Shown: positions 25,201 through 39,900 of the stretch, one piece after another
Layout: every line of letters begins with the position of its first letter
Numbering within the stretch: position 1 is the first letter of the stretch
Origin: Lingula anatina
Lineage: Eukaryota; Animalia; Brachiopoda
NCBI GenBank assembly: GCA_051362555.1
Contig: CM120640.1
Span: 42,324,788-42,388,787, forward strand
Length of the DNA stretch: 64,000 nucleotides
Reading direction: 5' to 3'
Notes under the pieces: model-generated
Databases searched by the model: none
What the model was told of the DNA's origin: nothing
Seen by the model: the letters and a program-made list of their open reading frames with translations, nothing else
Translations under genes and position numbers: made by a program

Positions 25201-28200
25201 AATAAGCAGACAGGGTAAGCCACATGTTTTTTAAGAAGTCCCATCTTGCTTTATTTTTTATTTTTTCAGAGAATGAGATTCTCCCACTAATTGGTTGTCT
25301 TTTTTTCTGTCCTGTCATATGGAAAATAACTGCATAATGTCATGACAGGCAAAAACAGATGAGGGAAGAGTCCCGACACCAGCCTTGATCAGACTTTCTA
25401 TTTGTTTTCTTCTCCCTTTTGACCTAAGTGAGAACTTTACACCAAATTAACCCTGTCCCATGTTTTCTTTTCACTTCATCGGACATGCCACAAAACACAG
25501 ACAGCTAATTACCTCTTATTTCCCCCCATAGAGACACTACCATGCACTGACAGTTTTCCAGATGCACAATTTTCCATCGAATACATAATTAATATACAGC
25601 TCCCAAATATCCAATTCTCTACACTGGGTGATCAATTTCATTGAACCACTACTTGTCTACTGAAGCCCATTCTGTCCAATAAAGCACAGTGACATATATC
25701 ATGAGAATACAAATTTAAGCACATATCTATTAAAATCATAGATATGATTTATATTCTTATATTGAATGAAATCTTAGATATTTAAGTCACGGGTAAAATG
25801 TCTTTGGATGTTATTTTAAAGCATTCAAATCTTAGAGGAAATGTTGATTTGATCATTTTCACATAAAGTGAAATATTCAACATAAAAACTTTATTTAATA
25901 ACTTCCAATATTATTTTTTCTTGCAAAATTGCATTAAAGGTGGAGAACAGACATATAAATGTTCCATTCTTTGGCAGTTAGAAACACAAAATCTGTGAAG
26001 TTGAAGTCATTTTTTTTATTAAATGCAGTATCTCGGAAATAACTTACAACTGCATTTTGTTGTTTATGTCTTTATTATTTAAATGTCAAATTTAAGTTAA
26101 AAACCCATAGAAAAAGTGTTCATCATTACAAAATTAAAGAAATTAACTACTATGGCACAATCAAAGCTAATTTGAAAAAAAAAAAATGTTGGTAATATTT
26201 AGGTGTTAAAATATATATATTACCATGTGCGACCCATCCATGCTTGCAGGTATCACAGACCCGTAGTTGATTTTTCCCTGGAGAGAAGCATTCACAGGCA
26301 CAACTTGGGACTGTGCAGCGGATGGTGGCCTAAAAGTAGAAATAAATACAAAAGATGTCACCAAGTAATGCTAAACTCAATTTCTATATTTCATCAATGG
26401 TCTAAAAAGACAGAAAAGAAATGGATTTTTGAAAAAATAAACTGTGAAAAAGGTGGGTTAATTTTTTGTGAATTCGAAAAATCAATGGGCTCTCTGAAAT
26501 TTAAGATGAAAATGTAATAAATATCTTTATCAGTTTTCTATATACTTTCTTTGGGTTATACATTATTAATATCACAAATATTTTCTTTAATATTTGACCT
26601 TAGATTAACAAATCAATAAAAATAGAACTAATGAGACATCTCTGATCAAAATGCTTTTTTTTTATCAAAAAATATCTTTACATTCCTCCTAAATAAAAAC
26701 CAAGAGAAATACTTTGACACAATAAATATCAACCTACAAGTCAACGCAGTAGAAAAAAACACAATTTTTTCAAGTTCACATCACTTGGAGGAGAAACTGG
26801 GCTAATAGAAAAATGTGCCCAAATCTGTTTTTCTAAGACGCAAATTATTTTGGCAATATTTTTCATGACATGCAGTATGGTTCTTTAAAGGTGTGGGGCC
26901 TACACAAATTGTGCACCCAGGTAGATGGAAATGGAGTTCATCATCAGCGCAGAGACATGATGACATGGCATGGGTATCAAGTTGCCAGGTTCACGCAAAT
27001 GCCACCATCCCATTGGCTGAGACATGATTGAAATGTGCCGCTGCCTTAAAAGTCCAGGTACCTGAGTATGCCTCTGCCACCTGATACGCTCTGTCAGGAC
27101 GTTGGGGTAATTAGTGATGCAAGGACAGGAAGATGAATGTTTACATAACATTGCTTAACACATGTTAGATGTGGGCACATGTCAATCTCACCCTGGGGTG
27201 AAAATCAGCACTGGCCAGCATTAGTGCCATTTGAATTTCCCATGTGAGTTGCTTATAATGCCGGGATTTGAGAGAAGTCCAAGAAACTCGGGTTTACATC
27301 ACAAGACACAAACTGACTATCAATTACTGCTACCTCAGGTAAAAGTAACTCCAAGTAACAACTTTTACATCACAAGACACTCAGATACCAATTAGTGTTA
27401 CCTTGAGGGAATCTAAATAAAGAGAGGATTAATTCATGTATATACAGTGAGGTCTTAAATGAGACATGCACATATTGAAGTCTTAGGAATTTTTTTCAGG
27501 GTTACCTGACAACTGAATTATTTCTTATTTTTCTTGCTTATAAAAATGTTTGATACTCAAACATGACCCCAATCTATAACTAAGACATTTAATGAGGTAC
27601 ATCCATGTCCATCTTTTTGATCCTAGTTGCTATAAATAATTATGACACCTGGATCTTCCTTGTCCATCAAATGGATGAGGTCAGAAGACTCACGGTGAAA
27701 CCCTCACTCCCTTTTCCTCAGAAGTGAGACATCCTAAGGATGTATTCACTGATGATGAAAAAATAATACCACATGTTCCAGAAGAAATGAAAGAGAATGT
27801 GTATGGCGGATTTAATGTCAAAGACCTCCCAAAACTGCAGGAAATAGGAGTTGAATGGCATTTTAAATCTGACAAAATTCTTTAAATCTGGCTATCTGCA
27901 GAGAAAGTAGACACAATCTACATATTATCATCTGGGCAATCAATAGACAACATAATTAAACTTGGCCTCTTCTCTACAAGGTCAGCATTAACACGACATT
28001 ACAAGCGTATGACAGAACCAAACATACTGATCTAAAAATACATTGGTCAATAAAATATCACATATCTGTATGAAGTAGAGTCTGGAGCAGAACCAGACAA
28101 TTCCCAGACAAAACACACACAAGATGGCGAGAGTTGAGCGACATAAGAAATATAAAATTCTGAAAAATCCACCTGGTTCATAGAAAACTGTACTGGAGAT

Positions 28201-30930
28201 GTCATAGCTGTGTCCATTCAATGTCCACCATATGTTGGCCGGTCAGTTTTGATTTTAGTAACTATCTCGTCTCCTGTCCCACAGTGCTCGTTATCTTCTG
28301 CCAGGAGCCTCCCTGTTTGTTGTAGTAGAGCACATCTGAACAGAGGCCAAGTGAGTCAGATAATAGCAGTGTTTTCCAAACAGTTTTGCGGGGTGTAATT
28401 CTACACAGGCTCCTATCTGTCATCCTGGCCCCGCTGGTGATGGCTGTGAGCTGCTGGCCACACTCCAATCAGCGGCAATGCTGGGAACACTGGAAACCTG
28501 CAGCTGTCAGTATTGAACCAAGCTATTGATCCTGGCCTAGCCTGGCCTCACAGGGCTCACAGCACTGCGTCCCCTGTCTTGCTGCTTCGGGGGACCAAGG
28601 TGTCTTGGGCTGGCTGTGATCAACAGGATTTTATTGGGTCATTGGAGACTTGTTGGCCAACTTGGCTGTGTGCGGGTAGGTGCGCTTGTGGCTGCTGGCA
28701 TTCTCTAATCGATCTCCAAATCTTTAACAAAATCAGCCATCATCTAAAGGGACTGTAACTTGGCTGATTCTCCCATAGACAATGTCCTTACAGTGGAAAT
28801 ATCCTCAGCAAAACAGGAAATCAATGAATGACCATTTGGGCCCCAAACTAATGGCAGGCAAATGTGGTCATCTGGATTTATGGTTCTTGAAAATGACTTC
28901 AAACAAATGACCATTTTTCAAATGCATCATTAGAGACGTTGGATAAAACATGACACTGTAGAAAGCACACAGAACAGAGGGTCATAAATAATCACGTGGG
29001 TGACCAGATTGTGTTCTAGCAAATAGACAGCACATGCTGTAAATAATATACAGCGACAGAAATAAAAAGATGGAAGCACTTGGAAGTCCATTTTGTCATT
29101 CATGGTTTTCTTATCACACAAAAACAATTCAATAAATTCAATCAACTAACTGAAATTATTCTTAATGCCTTACAAAGACAATTGCCTCCGCTTTAGCAAG
29201 TCAAATAAGCATCCAGTCTAGAATAAAGTCTAAGCAAGTGACATTCTTATTTTATGCTTTCTAAAATTGAACAAACTAAATAAACCTGAAAAAAAAAAAA
29301 AAAAAAAAAAAAAGATAAAATAATACAATAAAATTTACCATGATCTTGAAAATTGAGGACATTCCTGTGCAGAAGTGCCTTGACCTAGCCGGTCTGTCAA
29401 TGTGTTTCCCCAATGGGTGGGTACCAGGCAAATAAAAGGCCCTGTGTAATAGACTGTTGACACAAAATTACTGTCCAGATGTCTCCAATATCCTTTTCCT
29501 CTGTACTCAGTGTCCTGTCTGGAGACAAAGCCTGCTTTCACTGTGGGCAGACAACACTCTGCTTGCAGCTGACCAAAGTAAATATGTTGTGAACCAAGCA
29601 CAGAAACAGTAGCCAACACTAGCTCAGTCTTGTGACAGACAACACTGACAAATCTTCTCTTCACACAAACTCCAGTCCTATCTACATCGCCTTCTATATG
29701 AACTGCCAAGCGCTTCTGTTCTACGCTTTCAACTGGACAATATCGCTGGAAATGCCACAGAAATCCTGTTGAATATAAGTATGTTTATCTCTGTCTCATG
29801 ACAGCCAAAACTGTCATATCAGAAGAGAAGCACTAGTCCAGACTAATTCAGCATTATCTTCATCTCCCTTCCTGCACCGTCCCAGCAGTCCTGCTGCTGT
29901 CACTATCACTTAAAGATAAGCAGAGACAAGTGGGCAGCCAGGAAGGGCAGCTGGGTGTCCAGCAATGGTCAAGTCATTCCCAGTGGACAAAGAGGATTTG
30001 CTTGGACACACTACCGCCAGGAAATTTGATACTGCCTCTGAAGGATGGTACCAAATGCTGATGTTTAGATAGGAGACAGAGACAGTTTTATTGGTTTAGG
30101 TAAACATTTATGAAAGAATAGAAAGAGAGAGCAGGCCATCTTTATAAGTCAATCATCACATTAGCTTGTCTTAGTGTTAATCCTTGTATAAACATGAGGC
30201 ATGAGTCCTGAGTGACAGCAATAAGCAAAATAAGCCTAAACACCCTAATTCCATATTCATTTTTTCAGCACACTCAAAACTGATTATAAGCATCTCTCTT
30301 TTCATTAACTTAGGTCACTGCTTCACAAATGATAAAACATTGCTAATTTGGTTAGACCTGGTTGTATTAGTGTGTTAATCAAAGAGTTACCAAGGCAACT
30401 CATCACCAGTCAGACAGGTAAAGACCAGTTGTCAGAAGTTCTCAAGGAACACCGGGGATGGATCTGGGATTAGCTGTGTCACAAGAGGCTAAGCAAAATT
30501 TAATGGCTTCCTATTAAAGCTAATCAGGCAGATAAAAATGGAGAAAATAAAAATAGATGATATTGGGATTCTTTGTCTTAAAGGTGCACTAGGGGTTAGA
30601 GTGTAAGAATATATATCGACCTTAACGAAAAGACACGTTCTGGAAAGCTGTAAATTCAAAAACAGAAAAAAACTTATTTTCCTTTGATGCCACTTTATCG
30701 ATTGAAGGAAACATTCAAAATGTCATGCTTAATTAAACCATTAAAGCTAATGTGACAAATTTTTATAGATTAATTTATTTGGAAAAATTATCTTTCATTA
30801 GCAGGTCATCTTAAAAAATATTTTAACAACAGTAAAACAGAATAGCACATGGCATAATATTTTGTTCATTTTTAGAGTTTCTCTTATTTATAGCCAGGAT
30901 CAATGTATTCAAATTACCTGTTTGTTGCAA

Positions 30931-30973
<43 letters not shown>

Positions 30974-33900
30974 CTTTTGTTTTTGTAAGCTGAGATAAAG
31001 TTTCTCTTTTTAACTATTTTTACAGTTGAAATCAAATGTCCAAAAATGACAAATGTGATTTTAAGTTCATACTTTTTTTTTACTTGTTGAGCAAGTATAT
31101 ATTCAATAAAAACATCATAATCACATAATCTTTCATTTCACATGTAAAAACCATAGAATTAATAAATATTTGATTTAAATCCAACTGAAAAATTAAAACA
31201 GGTACACATTTTCATTCCAACAAACTGTTTTCCTATATGGTGACAAAAAAAAAAAAAAAATCAGTAAAGATTAAGATCAGGTATCTAGTTAAAATACTAT
31301 ATTCATCACTAAAGTATAATTATCAAGAAAATTTTGTTTTGGTTAAATAAAAGAAAGCTTTTTCCATAGTTAGTTGTATTCATGACAATTTCTTCTTTTA
31401 AACAAAAATTCCACTTTCTCAAATCAGAAATAATTCTCTCCTGGAGTTTTTGTGCCATCATATTTCGCATTTCCTTTGGTCTTTCCCCTATCCAGTGTTC
31501 CAATGTGGGGGCTATCAACTTATCACCTCCCCATACAAGGCTGTATACTGATGCTGTACACCTGTCCACAACTTAATGACTCCAGGAAAAGTGAACTGAA
31601 ATGACATGGGGCCCAAGCTGGCAGCCAAATGCATGGCAATCTACATGGAAATTCCAAACATATATGATTAAAGGCTGAGATGTGGTCTTGCTAATCACTG
31701 CCAGACAGATGGTCTTGAAGACTTGGAGAGAGAACAAGGTGATTTCATTCGCTGACTGCTAACTCAGGTGTGTCCAATCTGCCTTCAGTACCCATTAACA
31801 TGGCCACGGAAAAGCAAACATGCTGTCGTCATATGACACAAATTATGTGCGGCCAGGTTGTGAGCGTGTGCACTGAAACTGGAGACTGGCCCACCTCTCC
31901 GCTCACACGGCACATGGCCTTAAAAGGGATGCTATGCCAGGCCAGGCCCCCGATTCAAGTGACATCCATTAAGCCCAAGGTGCTCTTGCTCGCCGTGCTC
32001 TCAGTGTACCTGCATGAATGATCTGACACTGCACATTTCACCCAGAGAGTTGCCAGGTGTGCTCAGTGTGGAATGCAGAATCTAGGGAATGACGTCTCTA
32101 CTGCTCTGCTCACTTTACCTGTACATACTACACTAACACTCGATGCCTGATATTTTAGATTTCCACGGCTAGGACCTGCTAAATCGAATTAACTTGTCAG
32201 GAGATTTTCTCTGATAGATGACTGATCAGTAACACCACATTTTTTTCTACAGGTAATAATATGCAGGGTACATTCACCTCCATTATGTCATTTTTGTCTC
32301 AGCATGAGACAATTTCCATGATTCAAAAATGCATTTTTTTAAAATCAAAATTACACCTTTAAATTTTGCATAAAATAATAATAATGATAATAAAAATAAT
32401 ACTAAAATCTTCAAACAAATATAAGATATAAGAAAAAGTACCCGTGAAATACAATAATAGTGAAATGTTTGTTTTTCACTGCAAAATTTCTGGACTTTTA
32501 AGAATTTTTTAGAATCCCTTTGGCTTAAAACACCCTGTGAAATAATCTTACCTAATTAAATTCCATTATTTTCAGTGTTATATAAAATTCTATTTTGACA
32601 AAAAAAAAAAAATAATAATAATAATAATAAATAAAAATAATAAATGAAAATGAAAATGACTGTAACAAAAAAGGGTTCAAAATATCACGAAACAATATTA
32701 TGTCACACTGAAAGTTACTGATTTGCTTTTTTCAATTTTTATATTTGTTTGAATACGTCTGTTAATGTGAAAGCATTTTTTGTAATTGATACTTTCAATT
32801 GTTCTCAGTCACCACTGAACACAAACATGTTTGAATAAGAACAATTGCTTTTTAGGAAAAAAAAAAAACACACACATTGTTTTCCAAACTTATGAAAAAG
32901 TATCAAACCATTTAAGTAGTAAGAGTTACATTATTTAAAATTAATATACTTTTATTTCTTTTGTTTAAACTCAATCTTTTCAGAGAAAAAAAATCTTCAT
33001 TTTACCTGTCACAAAAATTGTAAAAATTTCATCCGCTTGTAAAAAGTGATTTGGTCATTTCCAAAATTCAGTGTCCAATCAACACACAAATTTAGGCTAA
33101 AAATCAATGACAAAGAAAGCAATGAGCTTTTTTTCTTTTGTGACAAATTTATATCGAAATTGATTTGAATGTAATGTAAGTAGCCAATGAATTGTTTCCA
33201 AAACATCTTGTTCAGAACCCTTTATTATAAATTTTAATACTGGGAATGATTTTCCAGAGAATGAAAGAAAACAGCTTTTTTGACCTTATATTAATACTGT
33301 TATCTGAACATAATTCGCAATATGGGCCAGCAAATTTCATTGCTGGGACACTTAACATTTCAATTGTTATATATCATGTAAAAGAAAAATGTCACAAACA
33401 GTGAACTGAAGGCAATTTACAAACAAATTTGTAATTATATGAGATGCTCTTTCTCTGAGGCAATAGCTCACAACACTAAATAGTATATCAAAAGATATCA
33501 TGCTGGCTTACTCAAGCATAAATCTGAGTTTAGTAAGATAACTGAAATATTTAAACCATTAAAAATCTTTGAGTTAAATAAAGGATAAATTAGCAAAATA
33601 AAATGTTTTAAAAATATTTCAGCTTTTTTTTTTCAAATATCAACTTCGGCATTTGGGTAAAAATTTTGCATGTCCGAGTAACCATGGTTCTGAGTACCTT
33701 AACTCAAGGGTTCATGTGTGTGTTTTTGTCCTCTCCTTTCTAGATGAGGTGTATCAAACCATGATCAATGCTCAAATGGAGCAGATCAACTATGTCATAA
33801 ATAATGCCTTTCCACGCTTGTGTACATGACCAAAGTAATACAACTCCAAGAGTTATGGCACATACGCCACTTATACTGCTATACCTACTACAACACATAC

Positions 33901-36900
33901 ATGAGTGCATATGTCATTCACTTCAAGTGTCTTAACTGAAATCAATTCCACTACGGTAATCAAGTATTGTTCATTTAATGAAAACATTTTTATTAACATT
34001 AAAATACATTTGGCTAAGTAAACAGAAACATCCTACACTATGTGTGATGTCCCAAAAACATCAATACACCTCATTTTGCACTTTCACTGGGTAATAACTA
34101 CACCTACGCTATGCAAACCATAAACACCACTGGTAATAAAGGTATCCCACTTTTTCCAGGAGAAAGTAAAGGTGCGTGGGGTCATTGGGAAAGATCTAAA
34201 TTTATGTGTAATAGAACTGCCAAAAACTTACCATTAGTCACACTACACACGTTCATGCTATATTCCACCAAGAAAATCAGTCTGCCTAAAACTATCTCTA
34301 CAAGTCATTCATAGAAAGCTACCTGGTCTTTGTGTGATATAGAAACCTATAATACCTCCCAGAACATATGGGAATAAGGCTAGAGAGTACTTACACCAAG
34401 CCAAGGGTTCCGCTCTGTGGCTGCCATGCTGTTTCACCTCGAGGTGGCCGCTACTGTAATGCCTGGTAGGAATAGCAGGACAGTCCAGCAGCAGTGGTCA
34501 TACACAGTAGCACATACACAGTGATGAGAGGAGGCGGCAGAGGGAGAACACATGTGGCCTCTAATACCACTGCCCTGTGTTTCACCATGTATGGAAAGCC
34601 TCCTGTCAAACAGATGCAATCAGAGACCAGCAGCGCAGGAGATAGCTTACCCGGGAGCTGGCCCTGACATTTAAACAAGATAGGCTGATGGGATAAATAT
34701 AAGAGTTGACAAGATAGATGTAGAGCATACCAGGTGCTTGCCTCATCAACCCTTACCTTGTCAATGGATGGGAGTAGAGGGAGAAGAGGAGGGGGTCTTG
34801 TCTGCTCCTGTTATTTATGTATGTGAGAGTTAGGCCAGGTAGCCAGTTAATGATTCTCACATGTATGCTGCATTTTAGTACCTATAGCCACTGAAGTTTT
34901 GCTAGACTGGACAGACAAACAGACTACTACATGAACAAAGCCGTTTCCTACTAGACTATTCCTGGTTGCCTGGACAAAGCCATTGAATGGTCGGAAAAGG
35001 CAACAACTTGAAGGCTGGACAGGTTTCCAGTTGAACAGTAGCAGTCACAATAATATCTCTTACAGACTAAACATTATGCAATCCAATTCTGTCATAGTGG
35101 GATATCTACACACTGAACATTAAAACCTGGTATCAAAAGAAAAACTTTCCAAAGGGGGGGAAAAAGGTTCCATTGTAGAGCTGATAAAATCTTATGATAG
35201 GACAAATACTTTATTACTGGGATCTGCATAAGTTTCAAAAATGCATTTTATCCCACATCAAAATAATCATAAAGAGGCATATCTGAGTACTTATTTCAGT
35301 AAATAAATACACTGCTGCATCAAATTAATTTCTCTAACACTTTATAACATGTGCGATAAAAGTACACCAGACACCAGTAAAAATATATATATCTCTCTCA
35401 TGCTCCATCCACCCATACAGCACAAAATGTCTGATGGTTTTTTTCATATCATACACAAGTAAACTTATAGAAACACAGCATCTCTCTAAAAATTAAGGAT
35501 TTGTATGAGTGTATGAAATACGTACATTAATTTTCAAAGGCACAGAAATAAGAAGCATATGTAAGCAACCAAAATGGCATTATTCAACAGTGTAAAACTT
35601 TTTCCAAGCCACAGCTCATGGGTGTTCTAGATGGGCCTTTTGTAAATGGTCCAATCAAGCAAGGACAAATGACATTTATCAGCACTGCCGGCAAATAAAT
35701 AGTCCAAGTTTGCAATATTAATACCTTCCTTGAATCTGATGCTGCCTGAAGGCCCTCTGGCATCCTTCTTACAGTGCAATCAGACATCCCCCCCAGCTTA
35801 AGTACCGTTTAAGTATTGATTACATTAAATCTTAACAATCCAATGCTTAGTACTTCTGGTAATTGTCACAGGATAAGGATGGAGGGTGGGAGGTAGTTGA
35901 CAGCAGGGCTTATGTAACACAAGGGCAATTCAGGGGTGCTCACAGCTGAAGCTTAATCATCAAACAACAATATTGCCTTGATAATCTCTTCATTATCTCT
36001 TCTAATCTCTTGATAAAATACATTGATCTATTAAAACATTCTCTTCAAGGAAATGTCACTTTCTCTTGGCCCAATTAGCTAACATATGTCTAACACAAAT
36101 GTTGCATTCTTGTTAAGGACAATTATGTGAAACTATTCTGAAACTGTTGATAACGACTAAGAACCTTAAAAAAACACAAACTAAATAACACCCTGAAATG
36201 TAAATAAACTAAAATTATTCCTTTTTAATCCAAGAAACACCCCTGTTTCTCTGCAAGCTTTATAAATGAAAATTCATATTTATTAACAGACTTTGGGATC
36301 CTAAATATAAACAAATTGATTTAAAAACTGCCTAGCTGATAAACTGTAACTGCACTGTTCTTATCCCTTCTGATCATCTAGGAACCATTGACCAACATGT
36401 GACCCCTGTGTACAGTCAACAGCACGATTAGCTTTATGTGACATGGGCAGAGAAAAATCAATAAGGACTGCTTGCCGAGATCGCTGAGACGGCTTCTATC
36501 ATGCCAGCTCATATCTGTAATAAAAGATGAGAAATATCCAGTAAAATCTACATAAATGGATGAATGTATCAAGGCAAGTCATGGCTGACAGACCTCTTTC
36601 TTGCTCTATTTTGTCTTCAACTGAGTACTTTGTTAAATGTATTAGTAAACATCAAATAAATCTTAGGTTTATTTCAAGTGAAAAAATTTTTTTCTGACTT
36701 TGCTCAAATATTCGGCATTTTGCATAAAAATTGTATAAAACTCAAAAGAGATACTTGTTTTTTTTTCCTTTGGTTCAGAAGAAAACAATTATCGGGTTTA
36801 ATTACAAAACATTTTGATGTATATAAATATACTTTAAAGTTTTTAACAATTATTTTTATAAAGTATACATTTTACATCAATTGAACAAATATTTTCTAAA

Positions 36901-39900
36901 AATAATTACATATTTTATGATATTTTAGAAAGTGACTAGGTCTTATGTCTACTTGTGAAATTTTAAGAGTAGAAAACAAGATAACTGCATACATATTAAT
37001 TCTAATTCAAATAAAGAACTTATCTTTCAATACAGTAATAATAAAAAAGAAATCACTGAATCTATTTCCCAGATACCAAAAACATTTTTCATATATCTAC
37101 CAATTTTCAAAAATTTCTGTAAAGCTTTCTGCACATACACTAGAAATCTTTAAAAATAGAAGCACTTCAAAAAAACTCTTCTAAAATTTTCAATTTAGGG
37201 CAGTTATATGCAAATTTACTTTTTTTTTTGCAATAGAAGTGCATAAAAACTCTGTATGCTCAATCTTAAACACCAATTAATAATAGTATTTAAGACTGTT
37301 CTATTTAGGTCTAGTGACTAAACAAAAAGAGATACTAATCAGAATGATAATTCAATATTCATCAATTGTGTTTTCAGGAATAGATTTATTTTCTTTAATG
37401 ATCGCCAATTATCTTTAAGTGCCTGGTCATAAATGAGTTAACTTAGACAAAAGTAATCTTTTCAATGTGACACTGGGATCACATAGCATTGCCTTTTTTT
37501 TTGTAATTCCAAAAATTTCTTACCAAATAAAAATTTTGGTGAATTATTTTCTTTAAACCTGTTCCAACATAAGGCATCAAAGATGCCTATCAATTTCTTT
37601 TTGTTTTTTTCAATTATCAAACTGTTGATCATACAATTTATTATATAAAATAAAGAAAAGTACTGGTTTAAGTAATAAAATCATGTATGTAAAACACTTT
37701 TACTATATATGAAAACCCCTTCCTTCTCTTTCCACAGAATCAAAATAACAGTGAATATTTGTTGGAATTGAAAAATTATAAAAACTGCAATCTTTAAAAA
37801 GTACACACATTAGACATTTCTAATAATGAATATACCATTTGATTTGAATTAATGCTTATGAAGAAAAATACAGGACTGAATTTCTGTTTTAGCATTTAGT
37901 CTGCTCATCTAGTGTTTGCCGTGATACATGTAACATAACACCAAAACTGCACTTTGCAGCTTTATGATATCAACTGTCTTTCTATAATCGCATAAATCTA
38001 TAAGATGGTTTCCATTTTCCAGATCAATGAATAAAACATTGAAAATATCTCAAAAATTTTGGAATTATTTTTTCTTTTTATTCACAGGTGTATATCTAAG
38101 TTACAAAAAATGTTTTTTACCCCTCAATGTTAAGGTCTCAAGATACTATTCGACAGTTTCCGTTTTGCTAAAATAACCTAATAAAACAAAAGATTGCTTC
38201 TACAAATAATGGTTCAAGAACCCTCATGTTCCCAGACAGAAATGTCTCTGTCCACCTACGGTGTGTTTTTAAGTCTTATGCTTTCTGACACATTAAACAG
38301 CAAGAACATGAACATCCGACTGGACTACATGTTGACCATAAAATTTGTAATGGGGAACTGAAATCACAGTAGTACATTACTGAATTACAAATGGTTCCTG
38401 GGTGATATTTAAACATGGATATGCCATACCTGAGGGACAAATAATACCATCCATGCAAAGTTCCCATTCATGCTACACAACACATATTGGCAGTTTAAAA
38501 TAGTACCACATCTAGTTCAAGCAGCAAAAACTCATTTTGAACCAGAGGGAGTGACTTGTTCCCATTCACACTGCCCTCCCACCTCCATATGTCCCCAATC
38601 ACGCTTCACAAACAGCATATCCCTGTGAACTATAGGGCCATCACAGACCAATAAATAAAACAGGGTGATCAATAGGTTTCCTGGCTGAACTTATTGGAGT
38701 GTGTGTGTGCATCACTCAAAAACTTAATACCAGCAGTTTAGATAATTAGCCATAGCGGATGGATGGCAGTAGGACAACACATGAAGAATGGGGATGTCAG
38801 CTCCCCGAAGACAGTGAAAAAAGTTTCAAATATTGATGTTGCTCTGACCCTTGTGTATTTTCTGTTGCTTTGTCTGTCGAAGCAGTGCAAAAGATATGTA
38901 TGTAATATATTTGTATAAACAGGACATGACACTGCCTGTTTACACAGTGTATTTTATAAATTCATTAAATAGTTTATCTGTTAACTAAACTAAATTCTCA
39001 ATATTGGGCACTGTGGTCAGTATTTCTTGAGTAAAAATCAAAATATCACAGGCCTCAGGCCTGTAGCCAGGGGGGGTTCGGGTGTTCGAAAGAACCGCCC
39101 TTTTTGCTAGAAAAGGTCCACTCGGGGTACACTTTGATCTAGGTACACAAAGATTTTATGGTAAAAGGTCCACTTTTTAGAAAAAGAACCCCCCTTTTGA
39201 AATTGCTGGCTACAGGCCTGGGCCTCCTTTGAAAGACGAGTGATGCAATTTCATAATGTGCTACATGCACTTGGACTGACGTTGCGAAACTGAAAATGTA
39301 AATGCCAGCATCATGCATGCTTAAAAATTAAGTCGTTATAATGTAATAAATGAGCCAAAATGTGTGCAAGACAAATGCCTGGTCTTGGGGGAAATGACAA
39401 CATGTAGTTTTAAAAGCATGAAGAGTTTGTTTTATATGAGTTACCTTAAACTCAATGGAGCAGAAGTTCATACAACAGTATTTACATTAAAGGAAATAAT
39501 AAGCAAGATCAATTAATTCAAATTTATGAATTAAAATAAAAATGGATACAAAAATTGAATTCCTTTAAAAGGGAACAAGAAAAATGTTTGGGATGATTTT
39601 TTTTCTAAAAATTGTAAGGAGAATGGTAGTATACTCAAGTACATGTACTGATGGGAAGGAATATTTGTCTCCTTATGTTGGAAATAAACAATTTAAGCGA
39701 AGGCCAACTTAGGGTCATTACAAGGGTCAAGGCAAATAACACAAATCATTTTGAAGGAATATCTATTTGGAAATGATTGTGAGCAACTTTTCTGATGGTC
39801 TCAATTAATAGCCAGTAACAAAGTGGACAACCCTGATAAAATCACTTTGACCTTCATATGTACACATAAGTTCAAGGTCAAATTTGAAACGTAAAAAAAT

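Noticed and set aside
27293-27418. Repeat-spacer-like pattern (also 49386-49523) as a CRISPR-like array
   Set aside because: Only two diverged copies each, eukaryotic intron context, no cas genes.
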